The notes under the pieces were generated by a model. It searched no databases, had not been told where the DNA came from, and was given only the letters and a program-made list of their open reading frames with translations. A stretch of 48,668 nucleotides of DNA, counting the filler, from Bipalium vagum (Eukaryota): NCBI GenBank assembly GCA_037834085.1. It is 2 parts of 2 records of this genome, joined end to end, with 100 filler letters (N's around TTAATTAATTAA, not from the genome) between each part and the next. Parts side by side here need not be neighbours in the genome. Positions count along the whole stretch, not along the records: positions 29,044 to 48,668 come from JBBMKC010271061.1; 1 more part is not named here. The stretch is one strand, 5' to 3'. Position 1 is the first letter of the stretch, and each line of letters begins with the position of its first letter. Position numbers and translations under genes: made by a program. Below are positions 29,071-41,449 of the stretch, piece by piece.

Positions 29071-30449
29071 TAAATAATATAAATAAAAATAGAATATTAT
29101 TGTATTATATATAATTACAATTATAGATATAATTATTATATATAATAATTATATTATTATTAATTATTGATTTTTAATAATTTTATGTTAATTTTAAAAT
29201 TAATAAAAATCATATTATTTTGCATTTTTAAAGGTAAACAAGAGACAAACAAAAAGAAACAAGCATAGGAATTTTTTTTTATTTAATTTAATTATTAATT
29301 TAATTTTTTATTGTACAAATTATAATAATTTCTCCAAAAAATCAATTATCAAACCATGAGAATTTCTTTATTTATTTTTTAAAATTTATTTATTTAATTC
29401 AACTATTATTAAATTTCACATTTTGTAAATTACTAAATTTTAATTAAATTAATTAATTATTTAATTATTTTAAATTTTTTATTAATAAATTTTTTTTCAA
29501 TAATTTTAAATTGAAAAATTCCCATGATGAGACAAAACCTCGTTAAACTATAAAATATCATAAAGACGATTCTAATAAGGAAAAAAGTTAATCATAACAC
29601 CATAAATGTTATCATTTCTCTGCTTTCAATTACTGCAATATGCCTAATAGTGATAAATCGAATTTGGAATTTTGTCCTGGAAAAAATCTCCCTAAAATAA
29701 AGACCCCCATCCATTGAAGCCCATTAGACTGGATATTAAAATAGCTGTAATTAAGTGCAGAGTAAAAAGACATGAAAATACTTGATAAATTTTTCAGAGA
29801 ATACTTAGTGAAAGGAGAACAGAAAAAAACGTGAAGATGGATCTTTCGGAGAGAAATTAGCAGAAGAAACAAAAAAAACGAAACTGTCTCCATCCATCCA
29901 GCCGATGACTGTCATTCTATCACGGAAATTATTCAATTTCAGGAAAAACATTTCGTTATAAAATAAGTCGTAAAATTCAATTGCGAGCTGAAAACAAGAA
30001 AAATATTATTTTTTCCACAGACTGAAATAAACAAAAATAAAATTTTATGGATATTATTTTTTTGAAGGAATTTTTTTGTAATTAATGTAAATATACTGCT
30101 ATTTCCGACATTGTAACGGAAATGTCTTTGGTTGTTAGAAATAGTTTCACTATTGATATTTCGGACGCTGAAATGCAAAATTTAAAATTATTAATGTAAA
30201 CATTAAAACAAAATGAAAATTGGAAAAAAAAATTATGAAAAATTTCCTATGCCTGCTTATTTTTCTTTGTCTCTTGTTTATCTTTAAAAATGCAAAAAAC
30301 ATGATTTTTTTAATTTAAAAAATTAACATAAAATTATTAAAAATCAATAAAAATTATAATTAATAATAATATTATACATATATATAATAATTATATCTAT
30401 AATTGTAATTATATAATACAATAATATGCCATATTTATTTATATTATTT
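29071..30449. mobile_element. Foldback / long-TIR element (~210-bp inverted arms, ~960-bp interior)
   Basis: 29071-29276 is the reverse complement of ~30238-30449, e.g. TGCATTTTTAAAGGTAAACAAGAGACAAA vs TTTGTCTCTTGTTTATCTTTAAAAATGCA, and ATAATTACAATTATAGATATAATTATTATATATA vs TATATATAATAATTATATCTATAATTGTAATTAT. Confidence 0.75.
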
Positions 30450-30539
30450 TATTTTTTATTATTATTATTATTATTTATATCATTATTATTATATTATTAT
30501 ATTAAATTATTATTAGTAGTAGTAGTGAACGGTTAATAG

Positions 30540-31130
30540 TTTTACAAGTGCTACTTTGCCACGATGTTACTTTCAAAAGCGTACTTTTGAAACATATTTC
30601 AGCGTTGTTTTATTTTTTCGTAACCATGCTTATTCCAATTACTTCTTCGTCTTAACATCTTCAGATACGAAAGTTCGTTTCGATTTTTTTGTATGGTTTA
30701 ACTCAAGCTCAAGTTTCTGATAAAACTATGAAGGCTACGAGTGAGTCTTAAGTTCTTCAGTATTGCTGAAGTTGATTCAACAATAATCGACCCGTCATTT
30801 AAATAAATACTCTATGTATTTATTTCTGAGTGACAATGGCCTATTCGTGACATTTTTAGCTTCTCTCTTGGATCTGTCATTTATTACCCAACTTTTACAC
30901 AACATTCTCTGTGAACTTAGCAATGAATTTCATGAAGATTAATAATCAATTTCGAAGATTTATTACATTTAGAATTAAACCTCTCCGATATAGAGAGAGT
31001 CAAACAGATTATTTCTAGTAATAGTGCAAGTTTGACATGCCACTAAACGGTTAGGGTACGGCTGTTGACGTTGATCTAATGATTTAATTATGTTTTAAAA
31101 AACCATATCATCGTCGATCTTCATGATTCA
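30540..31130 (+). mobile_element. Possible mariner relic
   Basis: RFDFLYGLTQAQVSDK resembles a mariner N-terminal HTH. The remainder is highly decayed. Confidence 0.3.
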
Positions 31131-32569
31131 ACATGTTATAATTTTATTTGGATCGTAAAATGTGAAACAAATAACAAAAATATTGACATCTCAGAATCAA
31201 TCCAAGAAATCAGATCCAAGCTTTTTCAATCAATTTGAAAATCAATGAAAACGAAATTGCAAGTCTTAACAACATATGGAAAGGGAGTACAAAATAAGAA
31301 ATCAAATTCAATCTTTGAAATAAAGTCCATTGTGATCTAAAGAGGTCCAAGGTATCTTTTCCAGCAAAATCTAATAAGTTTTCGAAATAAAATTTTTTCA
31401 TTCATGTCCTAAAATTTTAATGATCAAAAACAAAAATGGCATAAATTTGATGTGATATTATGAAAGCGCAAGATAAACTACATAAGAAATATACAATCGA
31501 TAAATAAAAATTGGTAGTGACAAAGATTTATTGATTGACAAACATACATACATGTCAAACCTTTTAAAACTCATGACTCACCTTGATAAAGACAAAAAAA
31601 AATTGTCTTAAGATATGTTCTATAAGGGGCGTTCTTTCAAAAATAGTTTGTACATGTATCCCGAACTTTTAACTATTTAACACCCATTTACATCATTCAT
31701 CATTGGTCTATCACAATGTGAGAATTTTCTCCAGGAACATTCTTCTGGAAATTCCCAACAACAAAGTCCTGGTTTTCTCCATTAAGAAAACAGTAGTCAG
31801 TTTGTATCGAGAAAGATAACACCAGCAACAAATTGAGGAATCTCAATTTTATTTGATTTACTTAATTAGAAAAACTAGAAGAACAACTAAGCTGATTAGA
31901 AACGGATAAGCTACTCTGATACTGATACCGATATCTTAATAGCACAATGATTGGTTTATTCTGTAAACTGTCTTAAAAAATAAATAAATTTTGATGATGA
32001 GATGGGCTCAGTTTTCGAATGAACTCATCATGTTATCAATCTTTTAATTATTTTACCTCCAGCCTCAACGATAATAAGTGAGTATATATTGCCCCCAATT
32101 AGATTTGATGCTTCTTGTTTTAGGCTCAACTTACCAGATAATAATATTTAATATTAATGATACCAAAATTTTGTTTCAAAATGTTTTCAGCTATTTTGAA
32201 AACATCCCATGGGTCTTTGGATCTTGATGAGATTTCTCTCGTTATTTCACATGTACACCATGTTAAGAGTGGTGGTCAATATATATAATTATTCTTTTCT
32301 TTATATAATGTAAGACTATAATAGTAAATGAAATATTGTAATAATAAATACCAATGGACAGAAAACAAAATCAACCGTTTTATGCTCATGTTAAGCCTGG
32401 TTTGTTTGGTTGATTAGTAAAATTAATTTCCGGAAGTTCTCCGTGTTTTAATATTGCTGGAAAATTCTGTTCATGAAATTAGATCATTATTATCACAGAA
32501 CTTCAAAGCAACCTTTTCTGTTAATTCTTAGTGGAAACAAATTATATAAGAAAACGGATAATATAATTA

Positions 32570-32602
32570 ATAATAATAATAATTATTATTATTATTATTT
32601 TA

Positions 32603-32651
<49 letters not shown>
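32570..32651. repeat. (TAA)n/(TTA)n microsatellite
   Basis: Long ATT/TAA triplet run. Confidence 0.9.
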
Positions 32652-32652
<1 letters not shown>

Positions 32653-32959
32653 GGTAATTTATTATGGACTTTGTTAATTATTCTTAAAAGAGAATTCTTA
32701 CATATTTAGAAAATCTTTAAGAAAATTATTATTCGTCGGGAGTTTAATAGACTATCAGATCTGACATGGAAAATATAACAGTGGAAACTTGGGAAATTTT
32801 GTGTAAAACCATAATTATATTTTGTTTTACTAGCCTACTTTTATTGGTTTTTCAATTTAAATTTGAGGTTTTAGAAAAAACTTGGAAATACATTATGTCA
32901 GTGTCATTAAATCCTTTTGCAAAAGGAGAACATGTGAATGAGAAAATAGACAAACGGAT

Positions 32960-33130
32960 CTGACTGATAACATATAATTGATCACAAATATTGGGTGAGA
33001 AAATTCAGAGGCGGACGCACTTCTTTTGGTGAAGACATTAAAAATCGGTGGGGATTTGCAACTAATTTCACAGAAATTCATTGTGCAACAATGACGAAAT
33101 TTCAAGGGCTTTCTGGTCGTTCTATTATAC
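32960..33130 (+). mobile_element. Mariner HTH relic
   Basis: WVRKFRGGRTSFGED matches the mariner W..RF..GRTSLED motif. Confidence 0.45.
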
Positions 33131-33675
33131 GCAACACTAAAAAAATATTATTATTTTTAATATTAATAATAATAATATTATTATTATTATTTGAAATTGA
33201 TAAATTACTTAAATATTTATTATTTCAATATTCCATATTTATTTTCCAACTTATTGGTAAAACTCTTAAAGGTCGTTTGGAACCTGTTTTCAGAATTTAA
33301 TTTTTCCTCTCTTTTATCTAAATTTTAATTAATTTTTTTAATAAAAATATTCATATTTATATATTTATTTATTTCATATTCAGTTTCCTTAAAAAATATT
33401 ATTGATTTTTGAAATATATTTTTCTAATTTTCTTCTAAATTAATATCTTGATAATGCATTAGTGCGAAGGTCTTCTTTCTCTATCAATTTCTGATATCCT
33501 AAATTTTCTTTCATCACATTTTTGATAATAAATTAATTCTTTTATTTTATCACTCTTTCACGAAGGAAAATTATTATTATATTTTAATCTCAATCAAATT
33601 CCAGTAATCTCTTGTTTATGATTTTTATGTTTGAGCAAATTATTATTTAAAAATAATTTTATTTTAAAAATATAA

Positions 33676-33709
<34 letters not shown>

Positions 33710-36319
33710 CCATCAATGGTATTATTAATAAATTATAAAATATTAACTTTATTATCTTAAAAGAAACTACATCAATAAACCACAATAACAAATAATATAA
33801 ATAAATAAAATATATCAATTTTATAAATCATATAATCAATAGTTAATTAATAATTAATCAATTATTTATCATTAATTTTGTGAAATAAATAAAAAAGAAA
33901 AGTAAATACATGGTTTGGTAAACAAAAAATACTTACGACAATATTGTTATTTTTTTTAAATATGTCACAACAAAGTGTCAGATCTGCAAAATAAGAATAT
34001 TTTTTATTGAAAATCAATAAATAATTAATTAAATATTAAAAATAACTGAAAATAATTTCATAATTGAATGATAAAAATAATTTATTATTTTAATTTTAAT
34101 TTTACATGTGTAATTCTGTATATTTTTTTAAATATTTTTCAAATTTTTTTAAACCATTAATTAAAATATGTCCAAGAACATACTAAGCTTCTCATAATCT
34201 TTAATAAGTATTTATTAACAAATTAATTAATCATCCTCAATTTCTGTCATTAAGAACAATATCTGAAACTCTGATTCATCAACACCGTTCAATACTGTGA
34301 CCAAATAATAATAAAATAATATTATTGCTAAATATTTTAATGCTACTTAAATTTATGAATTTTATAAACAAAATATATTCCGAAACTCCTTTTAAAATAA
34401 TTCTTTTTTCGCATTGATTTAATTTAATATTTTATCTAAGACAAAATATTATTATCACGAAACTTTTTAATGAAGTCTTACTTATCTCATATTCCATGAC
34501 GTTGTCCTGACATATATTACATATTTTTTATGATTTATATTTTTAAACAAACATTAAATTTGTTTTTAATTTAATTTATTTAAACAATTTTACATTTTAA
34601 TTGATTTTTAAAAAAATTTTCTATCTAGTTTTATCGCTTTATCATAAATATTTTGTATATAATATTTTTTTTAATAATTTTTAAAATATTTATTATTAAT
34701 TAATTAATAAATATTAATAATAATTATGTATTTTATATTATAACATGTAATACTTTATTTTATAATTTTTAATATATTTATTTAAAAATAATACATTATT
34801 TATGATATTTATTTATCATAATAATATACAATAATTATTTATTATCAAAATAATATATTATAATTTATTGAAATAATTCGTAATATATTTATTGCTAATA
34901 ATAATAACAATAAATTATTATTTATTTTTTAATAAAAATAATAATGATTTATTTTTTATTTTTTAATAGTAATTACTTATTTATATTAATTATTTATTTT
35001 AATAATATATAATAAATCTTTATTATCATAATAATATATTATAATTTATTTTATAATTTATAATATATTTATTGATAATAATTTATTAATAATAATAATA
35101 ATAATTTGTTATTACATTTTTTAATTAAAATTATAATAATAAATTTCTTATAATAATAATATATAATAATTATTGATTTTAAAATTTTTAATATTTATTG
35201 TTAATTAATAATAAAAATAATAATAAATTTTCAAAAAATAAAATTTTCCATAAAATCATAATTAATGACAAAGAAATCGAGATTTAAAAATAATTGTTAA
35301 AGAAAAATAGAAAAAAAATTTCAAACGAGAAATAATTATGGAAAAGGAAAGAAAAACTGTTATTATTAAAAACCCAAGAGAATCAGTATTAGAGAAAAAA
35401 AAGAAAGCAAAAGATTTCCTTCGAGAAGGAATTTTTTAACGAAATAAAAAAATAATTTTGTCAATTATAAATAAGGAGAGGAAGTCGCCTTAATTGCAAA
35501 TATGATTCAAAATGCATGATACAATAATTGACCTTGCCATTCAAACACAATCGTCTTGTTTTACTTTCGAAAAGCTTTACAGAACAGTTTACAGTCAGTT
35601 TGTTTTAATCTTCTGTTAGGGAACAGTTAATGTTTCCCATGCTGATCTTTCAGTTTTCATAACAACAATACCCTCAACAACACTGAATATTATAAGTTAA
35701 TACTTTGTACCAATTGCTTGGAAAAAGTATGATTAGCGAAGATATTCGACTAAAATTTTCAGAAATATTTTAATTGGAATTTCGTTTTTATGGTGGAACA
35801 TGAATTTGGTATAAAAATTGTTTCAATTTTAATAAATCTATTTGTTTATCATTATCAGTGATATTTTGATTAGTTGACAGTTATGAAAATATAATATAAA
35901 ATAATATCTATAAAGAAATCACACAACTAATAAAATAATAATATTATTAATAATAATAATAATAATTATTATTATTATTATTATTTTTAATATTATTTTT
36001 ATTATAGTATGATATTTTCAAAATAACCAATAATCTCTTTCAAAATATTTTTCCTAGATAATACTTTCTTTGGATATTAATCAATAAAATTAAATAGAAA
36101 AAGTAAATAAAAAGCATTATAAAAAATTGATTTTTAAAAGCTATTATAATCTATCAAAATCTTTAAGCACAAGTTTCCAATAAAAAGACTACCCAGTTTT
36201 GAGTACATATTTTTATTCTCTTAAAATCATTTTGCAAACAAAAAATAATTTAGATAAAATTTTTTCAAATTAAAAAATAAACTTAAATTCTTATAAAGAT
36301 GAAAAACATTGAATAATAA

Positions 36320-36537
36320 NNNNNNNNNNNNNNNNNNNNNNNNNNNNNNNNNNNNNNNNNNNNNNNNNNNNNNNNNNNNNNNNNNNNNNNNNNNNNNNNN
36401 NNNNNNNNNNNNNNNNNNNNNNNNNNNNNNNNNNNNNNNNNNNNNNNNNNNNNNNNNNNNNNNNNNNNNNNNNNNNNNNNNNNNNNNNNNNNNNNNNNNN
36501 NNNNNNNNNNNNNNNNNNNNNNNNNNNNNNNNNNNNN
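36320..36537. other. Assembly gap (N run)
   Basis: Run of N. Confidence 0.95.
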
Positions 36538-39500
36538 TTCTTTATTTTTATAAAATAATTTTATGTAAAATAAATTTAATTATTTTAACAGAATAATTTC
36601 TGTTCTGTTGATTGACTTTCTCTCAGAACAATTATATTATCTTATTCTTTTGAAAGCTCCCACGTTTTAGGTTAAAGAACTGATTCAGATAACTTTTTAT
36701 GGTTTTCTGACAAGAAAATTTAAATCGATCTAAACAAATGGTAATCGAAGAATCAAATAACACCGATTCATAACGATTCAATTGCCGAAGACTGTGTCGG
36801 ATGATCAATTACATGTGTCGCCTATTATTGTTTTAATGAAATAAAATTCAATTTCTTCTGGATATTCCGCCATGTCGTTTCTCGTCGATTGCTGGTTTTA
36901 TTTCACAAAGGAGTTCTCAGAGATTTCTCAAAAGGTATTCTTATATACTTGAAAATTAGAGATTTTAATCTTTCAATCAATAAAATTGTGACATTGATCA
37001 GTTTAATTGTTATTGTGAAGTCTTGTCAATTTCAATAAATAATTACCTTAGATTCTTCAATACCTTGAATAAGCAATGCCAAGAATCTACGTCTAGCGAC
37101 CTAGACCAATTATAGACCAATTTACAAGCTGATTCTTCGTCTACCAAGGAAGACACACTGACTTCTCTATTCGATATGAGGTCTCAAATTGTGAATAAGG
37201 TCATTGGTTCAAAAGAAGCGAGTGTTGATGTTACTCATCATTGATTAATATTATCATTTTAACATGTTTATAGTTGTAAAATACAAATTTCGTCGATTTT
37301 TCGTTTATTTAAATTATTAATTCACCTTTTTATGTCATGAAGTAATTATATTAATTATTAATATTATTATTTATTATGAAATTTCATAGAAAAAAAATAA
37401 TAAAAATTATTTTTATATTAATTTTTCATTTCAACGTTCCTGTAATTATTAAAACTGATAAAAATCTCATTTAAGAATTTCATTAATTCATTAAAACAAA
37501 TGATAACTATTTTTTATTTTTTAAGAGATTAGTGAAGAGTTTCCTAAAAAAAAATTTCATTTTTGTATACTTTTTTTCATTTTTTATTTAAAATTTTAAT
37601 CAAATAATAATTTTAAAAGGTAAAATTATATCGAGAAATAATTAAACATGAATTTCTGATTGGAAAATATTATATTATGTTCCAATTATTTTTAAGAAAA
37701 CCCTTTCATTAAAAACAGTCTCTATGTAATAATATTGATCATATCCCATTAAATATTTATTTTCAGAAAATGGAATTATATTTTGTGAAAAATAAAAAAA
37801 ATCTATTATAATGTTATAATTATCGATAAATATTTAATAATAATAATGGAAAAATTGCCCAACAAGAACAGTCTGAAATTGTTGTCAACATGTTAATAGT
37901 ATAATACGTTTGTACGACCAACCTTGAAATTGATAATGGCTTTCAGAATCCTCAATTATTATCTGAAAATGTTTTAGTTATATCTCTCACGAAACGGATT
38001 ATTTTACCAATTTAATTCCTTGAAAGAATAAAATTAAAATTATCTGTTTTCGAAGTTTTCTAAATATATAAATATAAACAGAGTAAAGATTCTACCAGAC
38101 ACTTCTATAATAGGATTTTTTATCAGACAGTAATAAATATAATTATTTATATTATATTTTTAGACACGTTTCCATTTTATGATAAACTGTCTAGCAAAAG
38201 GATCATTAATAATTAATTATAATGTAAAACACCTTAATGAAACGTAAGCTTTCGAATGGTACCAACATATGAATAATATTTAAACGATTTTTTTAATTAA
38301 AATCTATTAAATAAATAAAATAATGAAAAATCGATATTATTAATGCACCAACCTAATAATACAATTATTACAATAAAAATAATTAAATAAATATTTACCC
38401 CGATATTTCATGAGAAAAAGGTACATGGGATTTATTAATTGACCTTTGAACTAAACTAATTTTATTGATCTCCTCTCAGTTATCTCCTCCTAATGATTCT
38501 TTACCAAATATCAATACTGTTTATGATAAAAAAATTGTGAAATTAAATAGGAGAAATTTTTAATTTAATTAATAAAATATCCCAACGAAAAAAATAATAT
38601 GCACCCTCAAAATAATTTTAAAACATTTTCCTTGTGATACTGAGAAATACTATAAATGATTTTAGAATGATAATAAAATAAATTATTATTATTATCATTA
38701 TTATTATTCAATTGGTCTGCGAGATTGCAGAGCATGAACTTTTATTCTTCAATTCCATCATCCTTTCCTGACTTGTCTGCAAAATCAACTGGAACAACAA
38801 TCATCAGAGTCTGTGACAAAGGACAACAGTCTACAAACAACGTCTCCATCAAAGACGTGTTCAGACCCAGTCAACTATTTTCCATGGTAAACAACACAAT
38901 AGAATAAGAGGGGGAAAAACACTCTAAAACAAACCGAAAATCAAAATTTTCCAATGACAATTTTCAAAAAGAAAAACTCCCAATCCCAAAAAAATACCCA
39001 CCAGAAATCGATGACTTCGAGTGAAGAAAACAACGAAAACAAAAACAAAAATCAAAATGGACAAAAATCGAAAACATCATTATTTCGAAACAAAAATATC
39101 ATAACAACGAAAACGACAATAAATGTAACTTACTGGAAAAAAATCCAACTTATTTAAATTCGACGAAAAATATTAAAATGAAAACAGACATCAGAAACAG
39201 ACATAAAAATTTGTTATTTGAAAGTTCCCAGTATTTCTTAAAATTGATTAAGCCTAGTAATAGACATACATATTTATTTTCACTGTTGCAGTAGACATCA
39301 ATACGCATGTATTCTATCGCACACACACACACCCACACACCGGCACACGGACACGACAACAAACAGAATCCATGTTTGCTAGACTGAAATTACTGAAACC
39401 TGTTTCATTGCTGCTGTTGACACACGCGAACACACACACGAACACAAATTTCTCAAAAATAACCAGACAAAACATTTCCTTAGCAAAAAAAATTTTATTT

Positions 39501-40899
39501 TAAAACTTCGCTTTTTTTCAAAACTGATAAAGTTTATAAATGCAATTAAATTTCATTTTTCAAATATCCACCTTTATCTGTGAGAGATCCATTGCGGGAA
39601 ATTTGTTTTACTTTTAATTTTGTTCGTTCGGTTTACTTTTCTCACCTGGTTTCTGTTGTATGTAGAAAAATTCTATTTCGATTTTATTATTTTTATTGTG
39701 CGAATGATTATTCAGGATTTGATTAAATTATTTTGTTGATAACGTCAATAAACAGTGACTTTTTTCTATTCGATGTTATTTTATTATTAGAGTTTGTTAA
39801 TGTCTTAAATATTTGACAATGATAACTTTGTTTTGAATTATGATTCATTTTATTTTTTGAAATTTATTTTGTTATTTGTATTATTTAAACAAAGCTTTAT
39901 TTAAATTTAATGTTAATAAATAATTTTTAAATTGATAATCTTTATTTAATTGTTATTAAGTTTTTTATTAACTACAAAATTTTATTTTTAGAGCATTTTT
40001 TGTTATTAAATTTATCAGAAAGAAATTTTATTTTAAAAAGTATGTTTAATTCAAGTTATGTTTTTCTGAGTTTTAATTTTATGTAGAAGTTTAATTTTTA
40101 TTCTTATATTTTAATTTACTTTATATATTTGAAAATTTCTATATTATATTTCATATATTTAAATGATAATTTGATCACTTTAAGAATCGGTAGTATAAAG
40201 TAAAAAAAATGTTTTAAATCCCATAACGTATTTTTCATATTTTTATTTTGATTAAGAAAAGTGTACTGGATCAGGCAAACAAAACTTAATTTTTACAACT
40301 ACATTAGACCCAGTTTCTAATAAAAATAATAAATTTTAGTTCATAATATAATGGTCGTTTACATGCTTTATCAAATATAAAATAATGTAAAAAGAAATAA
40401 AAATCAGATCAAATTAAAAAAAATCAATTTTGACCCATCATTTTTTTCAATATCTTCTAATCAATTATGTTATCTATCTATAGTACATAGCTTCCATCGA
40501 ATTTTTACTTTTGTAAAAACTCACCATTGCATCTACAAATCAATGCATCAAAATAATAATTAGTCATTTCCTGGAGCAATAAGATTTAATAGTCTACTAA
40601 CCTTGTGGCTTATCATTATAAGACTTTTTTTACCACCATTGTCCACAATGTAAAACATACAATTTGAAAACTTCCTCAACTGGTTCTTATGAAAGTACCA
40701 AAAATATAGAAGTGACTTGAACTTAATAAATAATCTTTCTGGTATCTGTTCATGTATTCACTTTCATGAATTGGAACGTCATCTAGTTTCTTGCAGCTTC
40801 GATAACTTAATTTCGTTACAGTTCTACTTGATTCATTTCTATTGATTTAAACTTCAATAGTTGATCGCTAGGTTAAGGAAAGCCCAAAAGTACAGTGTT

Positions 40900-41410
40900 A
40901 TAAAAGTTGAGAAAATAAGAGGTTTTATCAATGATAATATTTCTTTAAGATGTGAAGAACTCGAGCTAGCTACTGGAATTGAAAATATTAACTGAAAAGT
41001 TAAAAAGGTGTGCCGATGTGTTGCTCAAGTCCTGACGCTATAGCAAAAGTTGTAAAGAATCGAATATGTACAAATTATCCTGCATGACTGTCAAATTCAT
41101 ACAGCAGACAGAATCATAGTAATCAATGAAAATTGGATATACCATCAGTTTGTGTCAATTATTGCGGAGCAACGATTTAGGGTAGATGATATTCATGACA
41201 TACCTAAAGTTAACAGGAAAACTACATGGAACATTTCAACAACAATGGAGGATTGTCATACTATGACTTCTGCATGAAGGAAAAACAGTTAATGCAAACA
41301 GTTTCATCCAATTACTGAAATCTATGATAGCACTCATCGGAAATGTACAATCAAACTCGAAACTCAATTCTTATGTAGGATAATACTCACTGCACATTGC
41401 TGCTGGGGTA
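40900..41410 (+). mobile_element. Mariner catalytic-domain relic
   Basis: Fragments EGKTVNANSFIQLL and ILM*DN..H.A resemble mariner G.TVN...Y and HDNARPH segments. Confidence 0.4.
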
Positions 41411-41449
41411 CACTAGTTCCTTGCAGGTAAAGTTCTAACTCGCTTGAAA

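Noticed and set aside
34700-35230. Loosely periodic AT-only repeats
   Set aside because: Low-complexity slippage. No defined repeat-spacer structure, and not CRISPR-like.
36600-37250. GC-richer stretch with possible exons beside the second gap
   Set aside because: No consistent open spliced frame or recognisable protein motif on either strand.
39619-39636. TTTGTTCGTTCGG matches the 5' part of miR-375
   Set aside because: The 3' part diverges and there is no complementary arm for a precursor hairpin.
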